Source: Octopus sinensis
Lineage: Eukaryota
NCBI RefSeq assembly: GCF_006345805.1
Contig: NW_021833305.1
Coordinates: 1-64,000 of the forward strand
Length of the DNA stretch: 64,000 nt
Reading direction: 5' to 3'
Shown here: one piece after another, positions 39,337 to 54,181 of the stretch
Numbering within the stretch: position 1 is the first letter of the stretch
How the letters are laid out: the number at the start of each line of letters is the position of its first letter
Program-made: the position numbers and the translations under genes
The notes under the pieces: generated by a model
Seen by the model: the letters and a program-made list of their open reading frames with translations, nothing else
What the model was told of the DNA's origin: nothing
Databases searched by the model: none

Positions 39337-39655
39337 TTACGGAGATGTACTTGTACAGCAAGTGATCTGATCTGAGATTGTGTGCTTGAACGGAAGCAAT
39401 TTCAGCGTGGAAGGTGTTTATAAGCCATTTAGGAAACACAGAAAAACCGTTAGATTCACTTTAACATTTAAATTTAATTTTCCCAAATATTTTCGTCGCT
39501 TTCAGACCGCGACCTGTTCACTGATAAAATTCCGTGTTGACCAGGTCGCGGTCTCAAAGCAACGAAAATATTTTGGCAATTTAAATTTAAACGTTGAAGT
39601 GAACCTAACGGTTTTTGTGTGTTTCTTAAATGGCTTATAGTCACCTTCCACGCTG
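39337..39655. mobile_element. Fold-back element: ~115-bp inverted arms (39403-39519 / ~39541-39655), each carrying an HHR-like motif
   Basis: CAGCGTGGAAGGTG...GACCTG is mirrored by CAGGTC...CACCTTCCACGCTG. A one-arm homolog lies at 54182-54376. Confidence 0.75.
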
Positions 39656-40403
39656 CAAAAGTTGTCATGTTATATAAATAATTAACCAATTTTTGCATAG
39701 CTTTCCGCTCCCCAACGGGATATACCATTTGCAGAATGAAATATATTTAAATAATAATATTTATTGCTTCGTAATAAAATATTAATCTTGTAAACCCACG
39801 AAGCTGATCAGATATTGAAGCTTAAGTTACAGGAAGATGGTCAATACACAACCCCATTTTTACATGAACTCTGATACTGGCGAGGAAAAATCGGGGAAGA
39901 CATATAACATCTTTTAAGGAGGTGACATATAATGCGTTCCTTCGAGTTAAAAATAAGGACCAAATATTTACAACACCGTGGACACAAGTGAAGGTTTTAA
40001 ACGTATTTAAGGTGGAGAAGTAATATTTATTGCCACTTAAATGAGGATGTCCCATTGGGACAAGCTATACTGCGTTAGATAGCATGAGAGTTAGTCAACA
40101 TGACAGTATCTCTCTTGGTATCTAGCGCTGTATATTTTGTACTAATGCAATACCTACGTTCCAGTGGGGCGGGGTGTTTTTAACGTATTGGTAAACGTAA
40201 TTAATATAGTTCGTGATGGTGATGGCGGTGGTAGTGGTGTTGATATAAGATGTTGCTGGTGATGATGGTGGTAGTGTACGGGGCAGAGCGCAAGCAGAGC
40301 TGGGACGATGGTCCCGCTGGTGTGGTTGGATGCGGTGGTGTTCATGATGCTGAGAGAGTTGGTGGTGGCGTTGTTGTCATTGCTGTTGTTTTTGTTGTTG
40401 TTG

Positions 40404-40435
<32 letters not shown>

Positions 40436-41959
40436 GGTGGTGGTGGTGGTGATGATGCAGCATGTGTTGGTTGTATTGCTGGTTATGTTAGTGGAGATGG
40501 CAATGGTTGTTATAGTGGTGTTGGTGGTGGTGGTAGTGCAGCTGTTGGTAGTGATGCTGATACTGTTAGTGGTGATGGCCGTAGTTGGTTTGGTTATCGT
40601 TATTATGTAGGTGTGAAGATTGCATTAGGGACAAGGTGGTGTTCCTGGATTCGGAGGGCGTAGTGGCTGTGATGGAGGGCTGCTGGTATTGATGGTGGTG
40701 ATGGTATTAGAGGGGATTTGGTTATGCTAATGGTGGAGGCGATGGTAGTGGGATGTGGCGATGATGTTGATATTGCTGGTTGTGATGTTGGTTGTGATGC
40801 TGGTGTTGATTAAGGCGGCACTGACGAAGCGAGGGTCGTTCTGCTGGTAATGGCTTTGGTGACACTGCAGTAAACTGGACGCAAGATTAATAATCTTTTC
40901 TGTTATATGCACAAAGCCAGCAATATTTTTGGGGGAGTGGTACTAGTTGATTACATCGACCCCAGTTACCTGCTCAACTGGTACTTATTTTATCAACCCC
41001 GAATGGATGAAAGGCAAAACCGACTTCGGCAGAATTTGAACCCACAATGTAAAGAGCCTAAAGGAATGATGCTGAGCATTTTGTTCGGCCTGCTAATAAC
41101 TGTGCCAGCTCACTTCCCCAGATGCTAAAACTCGGTCTACATATCTATATACATGCTAAAATCAATAATGGTTTAAAATTTTGGCACGGGGTAAGTTATT
41201 TTGGAGGAAGGGTTAGTCAATTACGTCGACCCCCGTTATCAACTGGTACTTATTTTTTTGACCTCCGAAAATATAAAAGGCAAACTCGACCTCGTGCTCA
41301 ACTGGTATTTATATTATCAACCGAGAAATGTAAGTTAATCCCAGCAGAAATTCGAGGTAAGTTAATCGTGGTAAGTTAATCGTAAGTTAATCGTTGGTAA
41401 AACGTTAAGTTATTCATGGCAGAATTTCAGGTCAGAATTTAAACAAGGACCAAATGACCGTCAGCCATTTTTATACTTCCACCTCGTAGCCGTAGAGGCA
41501 AAGATTAACGATACTGCCATTTGCTGCACTCATGTTATATTCTGTTGTTCTTATTCTTGTTGCTATTGTTATTGTTATTAGAGAAAATGCTTAACTTGCA
41601 GATTAATACAGTGAGCATACTTATTAAAAAGCAATGGATTCTTTTCTCTGCATGGTAGTCTCGAACTCGACGACCGCTTCGTGACTTCTTGTCAAAGGTT
41701 TCTACCGTTCCTTGAAATCGTTCTCAGCATTTGAGCAAATTTGAGCGGATGTAATCCGAAATGAAGTTAAACGGGTGGAGTATCAGTAATTGAAATATAT
41801 AGTTTCGTCTTGCTGTGTTACGCTGCTTCTAATCGATAATTACGCTGACAGTATACCGATCAGAGAAATACATAGTCACTTCGCCTCCAAATCTATGAAG
41901 CTCAGCGAATGCGAATCTTATTAGTCGTTCTCGGCAGAAGATCGCTCTCTCTCTCTCTC

Positions 41960-41998
<39 letters not shown>

Positions 41999-42001
41999 AT
42001 A

Positions 42002-42106
<105 letters not shown>

Positions 42107-42663
42107 GAATGTGTATACATGTGTGTGTGTATGTATGTATATATAATATATATATATGTATATATATATATGGGCATGTGTGTGGGATAGATAGAGAGAG
42201 AGAGAGGTAGCTAGTAATATCAGTATCTATGTAAGAAAAGCAGTGAGGTGGTTGAATGTTTTGCACGCTTGGCGCAGCGTTTACCAGCATTTCGCCAGAC
42301 TCTGAGTTCAAATTCATTCACGGTAAACTTATCTTTGTATTTATTCTTTTTGTTTTCTTTTTTTTTTTTTGATAATATAAATACCAGTTTTGTACGCGGT
42401 CGGTTTAGTCGACTTACTCCCGTTCTTAGGATTTGCTGGTCCTGTACTGAAGTTTGAAACCAACATTTATATGTATGCTTTTCTATAATTAGGTGTATGT
42501 GTGTACATATCTATATGTACATGCGTGTGTGTGTGTGTGCGTGTATGTGTATATGCGTGTGTGTTTTTGTGTGTGTGTGTGTATGTGTGTGTGTGTGTGT
42601 GTGTGTGTTGTGTGCATGTAAATAGATAAGAACGGCCTTTGCTAAGTTCAAGTAAAGCTTATA

Positions 42664-43063
42664 CTCTTTTACTTGTTTCAGTCATTTGACTGCGGCCATG
42701 CTAGAGCACCGCCTTTAATAGAGCAACTCGACCCCGGAACTTATTCTTTTGTAAGCCCAGTACTTATTCTATCGGTCTCTTTTGCCGATCCGCTAAGTAA
42801 CGGGGACATAAACACACCAGCATCGGTTGTCAAACAATGCTAGGGAACAAACACAGACACACAAACACACCCACGCATATATATATATATACATATATAC
42901 GACGGGCTTCTTTCAGTTTCCGTCTACCAAATCCACTCACAAGGCTTTGGTCGGCCCGAGGCTATAGTAGAAGACACTCGTCGAAGGTGCCACGCAGTGG
43001 GACTGAACCCGGAACCATGTGGTTGGTAGACAAGCTACTTACCACACAGCCTCTCCTGCGCCT
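42664..43063 (-). mobile_element. SINE family A, full length
   Basis: Reverse complement of family A. Confidence 0.9.
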
Positions 43064-43556
43064 TATGTAGAAATATATTATAGATTTTTTTACAATTTAC
43101 AATCCCGTTACGTCATTTGAGTTACATAACACTTTAACTGCTATTTCCAGCGAACTCTGCTCACCAGCCGTATAGAGCCGCTATTGTTAGTTCCAGTAAA
43201 TAAATAGTAAGACTATATAAGTCTCTTAACAATGTAAATTGTTTTAATGTTCTCTACAATTTACTGACCATTTCTAATCATCCATTTCGAAGTTGTTCAA
43301 GCTGAAATATTCTATAGATTTGTTTTTCTCTAAATTTGCAAGGTTAATTGACTTTCGTTTAAATTCCTGTTCATATACTGAAATTAAAAAAGAAAAAAAA
43401 CTTTGGAGCCTGTGTCTTTAAAGAAGCACGCTTCAGAAATACATGGTCTCGGTTTTGTTCCTTCAAAGCCGCATCTTATACGAGACAATTGTTCCAAAGT
43501 CAATGGCAAACCAATGAACTATCAATAAAATATATATAAGGCGCCAAAATATATAT

Positions 43557-43950
43557 AGGCGCAGGAGTGGCTGTGTGGTAAGTAGCTTGCTAACCAGCCA
43601 CATGGTTCTGGGTTCAGTCCCACTGCGCGGCATCTTGGGCATGCGTCTTCTGCTATAGCCCCAGGCCGACCAATGCCTTGTGAGTGGATTTGGTAGACGG
43701 AAACTGAAAGAAGCCTGTCATATGTATGTATGTGTGTATGTGTTTGTGTGTTTGTGTTTGTCCCCCTAACATTGCTTGACAACCGATGCTGTTGTGTTTA
43801 CGTCCCCGTCACTTAGCGGTTCGGCAAAAAGAGACCGATAGAATAAGTACTGGGCTTACAAAGAATAAGTCTTGGGGGGTCGATTTGCTCGACTAAAGGC
43901 GGTGCTCCAGCATGGCCGCAGTCAAATGACTGAAACAAGTAAAAGAGAAA
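43557..43950 (+). mobile_element. SINE family A, full length
   Basis: Same head, body and tail as 8285-8700. Confidence 0.9.
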
Positions 43951-44659
43951 GAGAGAGAATAAGAATATTTAACGTTATTGTAATGGTGTTGTCGGTGGGG
44001 GTGGTGATGCTGATCTTGATTAACGATTTAAACCCACCCTACTGTAACCATCCTGATACCTTTTTTATCTTCATCTAGTTTATTCTGTTACAAGACATGT
44101 AGTTTCATGCGACTGGAAATTCAACGTAGTTGTCTGGAAGAGAGAGGTTTAGGAAAATTATCGCGACCAACATATTCTGAAAAAACAGAGAATCATCCGC
44201 CCTGGACGAACACAACACATCCAACCAGATACGCATTCAACGAGAGGTCATCGAGAAATCGAGGAAATAATGTCTAGAGTTGTATGCTGCTTGTTTGCAT
44301 TATAGACTTCGACAAGAACGGCAGCCAAAACCTCAAAAATTTTAAAGAAATTTTCTTGCAGTATCTAATGCCATTTTCCGTGGAAAATACTTCGTGGAAT
44401 TTCGTTCATCTTTATGTTCTGAATTGAAATTCTGCGAAGGTCGAGTTTACTATTCATCTTTTCTAGATAATTCGATTTGTCATTCGACTTTGTCATTCAT
44501 TCTTCCGGAGGTTGATAAAATAAGTATCAGTTTAGCACTAACTCGCCACCGCCCCCTAAATTGCTGGCTTTGTGCCAAAATTTGAAATTAATTTCTAATG
44601 TCATTTGAAACAGTTCTAAACGTTTAGTGGTTCATTACCGTAGAATTAAACGACATATA

Positions 44660-45194
44660 TTGGTTTGTCCAGAAAGTTCGTGCCGATTTATAGTAGCTTA
44701 ACTTTCGACTTATTTTAGAACATAGCTGAGTCCATAAAATATAATTTGACTACACCTCCATTTAGAACACTGTTTAAGCTATCTTTTCGCGAAAGAAAGT
44801 TTATATTCCTATAACCTGTGTTATGAAAGTTTATTTTCGGCACTTGATGTTTTAGGAACCAGACAAAAATTGCTACAGCTCGGCTTGGATGTCTTGCCTC
44901 ACCCTTCTTATTCACCAGATATTGTCTCTTCGGATTTCTATTTATACAGGTCTCTGCAGAATTGTCTTAATGGTAAAAATTTCAATTCCTTGGATGACGT
45001 AAAAAGATATCTTGAAGAACTATTTGCCATGAAACCACCTCAACTCTGTGAAGAGGGAATTTTTAAGTTAAAGAAAAGATGGAGACGCATTGTGCAACAA
45101 AATGGTTCATATTTGGTTGATTAAAAATGTAATGGCAAGCATTTATTGATCTTTTTCTTTCTTTAAAATCGGCACGAACTTTCCGAACAACCAA
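44660..45194 (+). mobile_element. Internally deleted mariner element with TIRs and TA target duplication
   Basis: TA|TTGGTTTGTCCAGAAAGTTCGTGCCGATTT ... AAATCGGCACGAACTTTCCGAACAACCAA|TA. C-terminal transposase peptide HPSYSPDIVSSDFYLYRSLQN...RWRRIVQQNGSY at 44870-45124. Confidence 0.9.
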
Positions 45195-45935
45195 TATTTA
45201 TTTAGTTTCGCCTTCCGATAGAAACGTTTGAACATGATGGGGCTGAAAGTGTTAAATTTTATGCATTCCAAAACTGAGCTACTGATTTTGACGTATGGAG
45301 TATCAAGAGATTTAGTACTATTTTGGCTACAAATTAAAGCTAATTTTTATTCACATATTTGCATTTCGAAAATTTAACATTTACTATGTCTTCCATTTAT
45401 ACACGCAGAGAAAGCTGTAAATTCCATCACTGAACCTGCAGAGAAGGGATCAATGTGGTTTTGATAAAGGGGACACACTAATGAATTACTGCTATTCAGA
45501 TGCAACTAACTTGGCTAGCCCGGGTGGATCAACAGGGTGAGGTGGTCTAATATTGAGAAACATCACTAATGATGCATCGTAGAGAATTTACCTCGTGTGT
45601 CTCAAACATTTTAAATGTTCCTGTTAATGTGTGCCCGTGTATGCGCGTGTTGAGGTGTGTGTTTGTGTGTATATGTGGATGTATGGGTTGGGATAAAATT
45701 AGATGTACGGTCTCGACAGACAATTTTCATATTAAACAACATATTCTGAAGAGAAAATTCATCAGTAACAAAGCCGTCTGCCATAACAGTAGACGGCAGA
45801 GAGAATGGGAGACGGCAAATTTGCGATTTTCAACATAATCCCAAACATCATCAGCATCATCATCATCATCATCATCATCATCAACCAATCAATCAAACGA
45901 AGGGATTATATATATATGTGTGTATGTATGTATAG

Positions 45936-46013
<78 letters not shown>

Positions 46014-46283
46014 CATTAATACAAAGAGATGCGAAGATAGAATAGATGTATGTATATATATACGTATATATATTTCAATCATACATATATGTATGCTTGA
46101 ATGTATGTATGTATTTTATAATCTCATATATATTTACGATAAAAGGATGAATATATACAACTCACACACTCAGAGGAACAGCATACATATATATATGTGT
46201 GTATGTATGTATAGATAAATATATATATATATATATGTTTGTATGTATATATATATATATATATATATGTAAGTATGTATGTA

Positions 46284-46316
<33 letters not shown>

Positions 46317-46337
46317 ATATATATATATATGTATGTA

Positions 46338-46395
<58 letters not shown>

Positions 46396-46401
46396 TGTAT
46401 G

Positions 46402-46435
<34 letters not shown>

Positions 46436-46729
46436 AAAATAAATGGGAATGTGTATGACTAAGTGTATTTGTATATATATAGATAGAAAGATGTATATCT
46501 ACTTTCCATGCTCCCTCTACTTACCGCCTTGCATATCCGTACAAACAAAACTCTATCTTTTACAAATCACCACAAATTTCTTTTAGATTTTCTACGAAAT
46601 CAGATTGAATTTCAAAATCTAAAGAATTTTAAGCAAATTCCTTCATAACAAATAGAAAACAGAAATCAGAAAACAAATTTCAAAACATCCGTGATTGATT
46701 TTTTCGGCTTTGTTTTCAGCATTTTCATT

Positions 46730-46761
46730 TATTATTATTATTATTATCATTATTCTTGTTG

Positions 46762-46829
<68 letters not shown>

Positions 46830-46854
46830 GTTATTATTATTATTATTATTATTA

Positions 46855-46924
<70 letters not shown>

Positions 46925-47040
46925 CATTATTATTATTATTATTATTATCATTATTATTATCATTAATATCATTATTATTATTATATTATCATTATTAATA
47001 TTATTATTATTATTATTATCATCATCATCATCATCATCAT

Positions 47041-47075
<35 letters not shown>

Positions 47076-47125
47076 TTACTACTACTGCTGCTGCTGCTGC
47101 TGTGGCTACTGCTACTACTACTATT
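46730..47125. repeat. (ATT)n-(CAT)n-(CTA)n-(CTG)n compound microsatellite
   Basis: Direct reading. Confidence 0.95.
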
Positions 47126-47848
47126 GTTACTTACTAGTTTGTTCCCCTGGTTTTGATCGGTTTTCATGTCATAATTACCTCTTTTTGGCTTGTATAAAAT
47201 ATATATTATTTTATTTTCCTTATTCCTATAAGTTGATATATGTTTAAATCTTCCTATCTTGCTTGGGTCTGTTTTGTCTGAATTTTATTGTTTTATATCA
47301 TTGGTGGTGAAGATGTCTTCGTGTGTAATGATGTACTTGTGTTTTATATAAACCTTAGTGCCAAACTCACGAACGGCGGTATTTTGCGTATTGACAATAA
47401 TGAAGTTTGATTACCGTCGCATCATTACAGGTTTCGTTTGTTTATATAACAGTATATAAATAAGGGAACGTACGCATTTATATATATATATATATATACA
47501 TATATACAAATTCGAGTACAGTGCACGCGAATATTAAAATGCATTACGCAAACATATGTGCGTGTAATTTCGTATTTGTGCATCATATTTAGCTTAGTAT
47601 ATTCCCAGGTTCTAGTGCATTTATGTATGTATATAGATGTGCGTTTTTTCTGTGCGGGTGAGTGTGTGTAGCGTGTGTGTGTGCACGTGCGTGTGAGAGT
47701 GCTTAAAGGTTTGCATTTATAAATTAATATGTGTGAATCCGTGCAGTTTAGAGCCTCGTATGATGATGTACATGTCCTTATGTCTCTATATTCAGAGCGA
47801 AAGAACGTATGTATATACGCATATATTCATACATACACACATACATAC

Positions 47849-47892
<44 letters not shown>

Positions 47893-48639
47893 GTGTATGT
47901 ATGTATATATGTATATGCATCTATGTACCTGTGTACCTGTGTATAAGCATATTTATACATTAATACAAAGAGATACAGACATAGATAGAGGATATGTATG
48001 TATATATATATATATACATAACTGTGGGTGGGTGTTTCTGGGTGTGTGAATCGTACTTAAATACATTGTTATCTACCTAAATGCATACATATATACATAC
48101 ACATCGTATATATACACACCTATATATACACAGGCATCGATACTTTCTCTAAAATTTATGTAACGCACTTCTTCAAATTTGCTGCATATATGTACACGTA
48201 TATAATGTAATGCTTGTACTTAAATTATTCTTATGCGTTTCCTTTATTTCTTAGATATAGTTGCGTATAAGCATACGTCTCTGTTTCTCTATTTCCGAGC
48301 TTGTGGAGATATGGGTCTATATATGTAAGTGTAAGTACACTAATGTTTTAAAGTTTTTATCTGATATAAACTGTTTTTATATTTAGTAGAGAATTTCCGA
48401 AAAATCTGAAAGAATATATGTACATATTGCGCATTTATATATGCATATACGTATGAATGAATACAAATAAATATGCATATATATATATGTGGGTGCATGT
48501 GTATATATATGTATGCTCATAACTGTCCATACACTGTCAGAGACATTCGTAAGCATACATGCTAACATGAAATTAAATGTCCTTGATATAAAATAGAATT
48601 AATAACAATATTTTCCACTAAATTCGCAAGGTCTGAAAT

Positions 48640-49005
48640 CTTGGGAGAGGGACCAGTTGAGTACATTGACCCCAGTGTTTTACCGGTACAGAATTCATCG
48701 AATCCGAAAAAAATGGAAGACGATGTCAGCCTCCGTTGAATTTGAACTCAGAAAGTAGCTACGTGCGAAATACCTATTTCTTTACTACCCACAAGGGGCT
48801 AAACACAGAGAGGACAAACAAAGACAGACAAACGGATTAAGTCGATTACATCGACTCCAGTGCGTAACTGGTACTTATTTAATCGACTCCGAAAGGATGA
48901 AAGGCAAAGTCGACCACAGCGGAATTTGAACTGAGTACATAACGGCAGACGAAATACTGCTAAGCATTTCGCCCGGCGTGCTAATGTTTCTGCCAGCTCG
49001 CCGTT
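48640..49005 (-). mobile_element. SINE family B composite
   Basis: Reverse complement of family B. Confidence 0.85.
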
Positions 49006-49309
49006 TGAGAATCAATGACAACAATAAAAGTAAGAAGAAGCAGGAAGAGGAGGAGGGGGAGGAGGAGGAGGAAGAGGAGGTGGAAAATAATAATTATTGT
49101 TATTATGCTTCAGGCGTCAGAAAATAAAACTCAGAAAATAAAAGAAAGCATAATTACAAGAAAAGTACCTAATTACCTCAAGAATAATTAAGCAACAGAC
49201 TAAAGGACAATGAATTTCTCATATATACATGTATATATGTAACTACTTATCTAACAGCCAAACGCACACAGACACACACACACATATATATGAATATACA
49301 TACATACAT

Positions 49310-49384
49310 GACAGACAGAGAGACAGACAGACAGACAAACAGATCGATAGATAGATAGTCAGAGAGACAGGCAGGCAGACATAC

Positions 49385-49417
<33 letters not shown>

Positions 49418-49510
49418 GGCAGATAGATAGATAGATACACTGACAGGCAGACAGATAGATAGATAGATAGATAGATAGATATATAGATAGATAGATAGAT
49501 AGATAGATAT

Positions 49511-49545
<35 letters not shown>

Positions 49546-49560
49546 CACAGACAGGCAGAC

Positions 49561-49613
<53 letters not shown>

Positions 49614-49651
49614 CACAGACAGGCAGACAGGCAGACAGATAGATAGATAGG

Positions 49652-49688
<37 letters not shown>

Positions 49689-49736
49689 GGATAGATAGAT
49701 AGATAGATAGATAAATAGATACACAGACAGGCAGAC

Positions 49737-49833
<97 letters not shown>

Positions 49834-49835
49834 GG
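49310..49835. repeat. (GATA)n/(GACA)n microsatellite
   Basis: Direct reading. Confidence 0.95.
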
Positions 49836-50119
49836 AGAAAATAAGCAGGAAGGATTTTGTTATATGGCTGCTCCATGGCGAATATTTTACAGATTTATCA
49901 GCGATAGATTTAATAATATTTCGAGATTTTCTTGATTTGAAAACCAAAAAGAGCGATAAAACTTTTTTCACATGAATATTCCTTCCTGTCAACTTGTTTC
50001 AATTTCTTTCACGCACGTCTATGATGTATACGCATAGAACTTGCTGTGTCATCTCTTTAATAGCCCCCTCTTACTCTAAACATACTTTTGTTCTCTTTCC
50101 CTGTCACTCATTTATATAT

Positions 50120-50207
50120 ATATGTATGTATGTATGTATGCGAGCGTATTTATCTACGTGTTTTCTGTATGTATGTATGTATGTATGTATGTATGTATGT
50201 ATGTATG

Positions 50208-50240
<33 letters not shown>

Positions 50241-50394
50241 CATATATATACATATATATATATACATACACACATATATGTATAGGGGTATATATACATA
50301 CATGTATATGTATAGATGCATATATATGTGTATATATATATATATATATCTATATATATATATATATATACATATATGTATAGGGGCATATATG

Positions 50395-50465
<71 letters not shown>

Positions 50466-50551
50466 ATGTATACATGTATATATTTATATATGCATATATG
50501 TATACATATATACACATATTCATATATATATACGTATATACATATATATAT

Positions 50552-50629
<78 letters not shown>

Positions 50630-50690
50630 TTCCATACACACACATATATATATATATATATATATTTCCATACGCACATATATATATATA
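50120..50690. repeat. (TA)n/(TATG)n microsatellite, representative of dozens of TA/CA/TG tracts in the window
   Basis: Direct reading; similar tracts at ~270-410, 2910-3200, 17330-17700, 21990-22380, 26720-26980, 56380-56510, 58105-58300 and elsewhere. Confidence 0.95.
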
Positions 50691-50719
50691 TACTGTTCCA
50701 TTGAAAATTCCATGAGACA

Positions 50720-51060
50720 GTGTTAGTTACGTGATATATACGAGTTCGTGTTGCCGACAAGGTAGACATTTCAAAGTCATCGTCTTGTGGAGCTATCAAG
50801 AGTAGCGCGATAGACGAGTCAACGATCATAAGGTGGTGAATACATAATAGTGGTGACAAGAATATTACATCAAAACGGGTCCTGGGGAGTTCGAGGAAGC
50901 TCGAGTCGGAAGAGCTGAACTCAAGCGACGGGAGAGAAGGCAGCGGCTTTTCCTTCCCAAACCAGCCCCTTCTATCCCTTGTCCACAATGTGCCCGTATG
51001 TTTCATGCAACCCTTGGATTATGGAGCCATCTGCTGTTCAAAACCAAGAAAGATGAACTG
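50720..51060 (+). pseudogene. 3' end of an RTE-like non-LTR retrotransposon ORF
   Basis: Peptide [21 protein letters not shown]...[18 protein letters not shown] matches the C-terminal CxxC..H pattern typical of RTE-clade ORFs. Confidence 0.65.
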
Positions 51061-51099
51061 GATTGCCAGCTCGTAAACACGAGACGCAGCCAACAACAA

Positions 51100-51900
51100 C
51101 AATACTTTCCTTCATTTTCTACAATGCTCTTCTATCTATCTAGTAGACCTTTAAGGCTCTTCTTCCAAAATTCGCTTGTCCAGGACGAAAAATACTCTTT
51201 CAATACTGTTCTGACCTCGTCTACAGAATTTATTTTTTTCCATCCTAACAATGCTCAACGAATAGGGTGGGTGGGGCATTGTTCATATTCAAACTGCTCC
51301 AGCCTTCGGAATATCATCCTCGCTATCCTGATGAAAGAATGCCTTTCGTCTTGAAACCGAAGATGGTCGTTTTTCTCCTAGCTCAATCTGCTAGAAATAG
51401 ATCTTTGTTATCGTTTGGTTTGGGCTTAAAAGTTCAAAGTGCACTAAACCTTTCATATCCCACCAAACAGATAACAACCTGGGATACTGGTGTTTCTCCT
51501 GTCCCTACCCACTGTCTTCGTCGCTTGACATTTTTATAGAGAACCCATTTTACGTCACCAGTCGCTATTCGATCCAAAAGAGGTTCATTCGTGAGACTCA
51601 TTAACCCAATTCGTTGACATTTCCAAATGCACGCATGTGTCGACGAATGGTTGAATCATCAAATCCAAGGTTTTCTCTCAGTTCCTCAACAGTTACGATG
51701 AGATCTTGTTACACCAGAGTTTAACAGGACCTCCTCGTCGAGTTTTATATATCTTTCAGGATGGCGCTCGTTTTCTAGGCTGTAGTTTCCAGCTCGGAAT
51801 TTCTGGAACCACCTTTGACCCTGGCTTACGATCCCCCATTTGGTGCATTGTTCTTCCCCGCTCTTTCCCTTGCGTTGTTGGCTTTATTGAAATCTTAAAA
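51100..51900 (-). pseudogene. Mariner transposase relic
   Basis: Minus-strand peptides RWFQKFRAGNYSLENE, DRIATGDVKWVLYKNVKRRRQW, WWDMKGLVHFELL, FFHQD, HPPYS; multiple frameshifts and deletions. Confidence 0.8.
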
Positions 51901-54130
51901 CAAAATACGCTTTGTCACTTCCACAATAGCTTTGAGAAAATAACTGTGAAAATCGAACTGCATTCTTCAAAACCTGCACTAAAAATAATTACAAGGTAAA
52001 ATTAGTACCTGCCTTTATAGCATGTTGATACAGGTAGTTTATCCCCCCCCCACCGACATTTAATTCATGTAATTGAAAAAACCGCATTATTTATAGGATG
52101 ACCCAATACATATATACATTCATATTTTTCAGTATGTGTATATACATGCACGCATGTGTACGTTTCTCAGTCTCTTTTGTCTGTCTCCCTGTCTGTCTCC
52201 CTGTCTGTCTGTCTCTCTATCTGTCTGTCACTCTCACAAACCCACGTACACACTCATACACACTCACTCAATCACTCATTCTCTCTCTCTCCCCCTCTCC
52301 CCTTTTTTGTTTTTCTCTTCCTCTCTCATTTCTCTCTCACTATCCCGAATTACTTCCTGCCTTCTTGTTTAGCTACGAAATTCTCGGCGGAAATCTCGAC
52401 GGTTTTATATCCTGTCAAGAGGGAAAACAAAAACAGACTGAACCATTGCACCAGCATTAACAATGAAACATTCTGCTAGTTAACAGATCTAGTAGACATG
52501 GATCACATTCCTCCCTCCAATCACACTGCTGTATCCTGTTAAGAATTAGTGCATATTACTTAAAGTGCACAGAGATTTATTTTGCCTGAGAAATGACACC
52601 ATGTTCCACAATGAAACGGCTTTATCGTTGGTCGACTTAATTCGGATTCACATGCAACTACATATTGACGACCTTTGAGCTCTTTTTTTTTTTTTTTTTT
52701 AAGCTGGGTAAGTAAACAAGGAAATTAATAGAACATATAAATCTGTGGATGTTGGTCCACTGAAATTTCTTACACCATTTCACTGAATTTCGAAATACTT
52801 TATTCGATCTCTTTTAATCCTATTATATCCTATTTCCATACACAAGCGTTTCTTTTCGTGCCTATTTTCGTGCATTCCTTGCTGGTCATCAATTTCTTCG
52901 TACATGCATGATCTTTAATCATGCACATCCGTCTAGCCGTCCTCATTTCTATAATCTCCTTCTTCATATCCCATGCTTCTAGCACTTTATTCTCACATTA
53001 TTCTCATCCATCTCTTTCTCTCCACCTGCCACAAACTCATCTTTCGGCGCACTCTCTCCTTTTCTCTCTTATTATCTCTTTCCCTCTCATCATGTCTCCG
53101 TTTCCACATATCTTTCACCTTCACATCCCTCTCTTTCTCTTTCCCCTGCTTCTACTCTCTTTCCTCTTCTTCTCTCTCTCTCTCTCGCTCTTGTCTCACC
53201 TTCATGTACCTCGCATTTTTATGCACTAACGCCACGTCGTTTTCAAGCATCATATCATCTCCCATTCACTTACCCCATCTACCCTCACCCAATATTTCTC
53301 ACTCCATCTTCTCTCACCTTCATCTTCGGCAATTCTCATCACCCACAATTTTCATTATCACTGATTGTTGTTCATAAACTTCACTCTATAATCTGGTGCA
53401 TGATTCGTTTCTTGCCAATAGGGGCCTACTTGTCAACACGAAATATGTTTCTGCGATAACTTACAATTTACACAAGTCATTTCCAATCAACCCTTCTCCA
53501 GATGCATTTTGGAACTGTTGTAAATATTGATGTACTCCTAATCTATTCTGCTTTGTGACAAAAGAAAAAAGAGGCTCTACAATACGATATATATTCTTCA
53601 TGTATTTATAAAATCATTAGATATTCACTCGAATAATAATAAAAAAAGACACGTACAATGGCGTATTTTTGATTGGTGATGCACCAGAAAAAGGTAGGAA
53701 TTTTCAGGGCCACAATCCCTTAATCAGTTTTCTGTTCAATGAGACCATACATGATTGTAATCGACAATACCAGCAACAAGATGACTATATTGTTCCTTGT
53801 AATAAGACATTCCAAAATGATTTTGTGTACCTGGAGCTAACCTAGTGTGAAATATGAGTTGTGTTATTTTGTTGGTGGTCTTTCGTACGTCAAGCAGAAC
53901 CGCATAACATTTGTCTTTCTCTTACATGTTCCAGTGACTGAGCTCCTGCTACGCTGGAGCAACACATTCAAGTATTTAGTTGAAAATTCCGACGTCAGTA
54001 ATTAATCTTTGAGAGTCTGGTACTTGCTCTGTTGGACCTTTTGCCGAACCACTAAGTTGCGGGGCATGAACAAACAAACACCAAAGTGACAAGGCACACA
54101 GGCACACATACTCATATATATATATATATC

Positions 54131-54168
<38 letters not shown>

Positions 54169-54181
54169 GTATATATATATT

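Noticed and set aside
51328-51368. CTGATGA-AAGA...TCTT-GAAA-CCG-AAGA-TGG-TC, an HHR-like core
   Set aside because: No helix I can form, and the CTGATGA is the reverse complement of the F-H-Q codons of the mariner relic. Likely chance.
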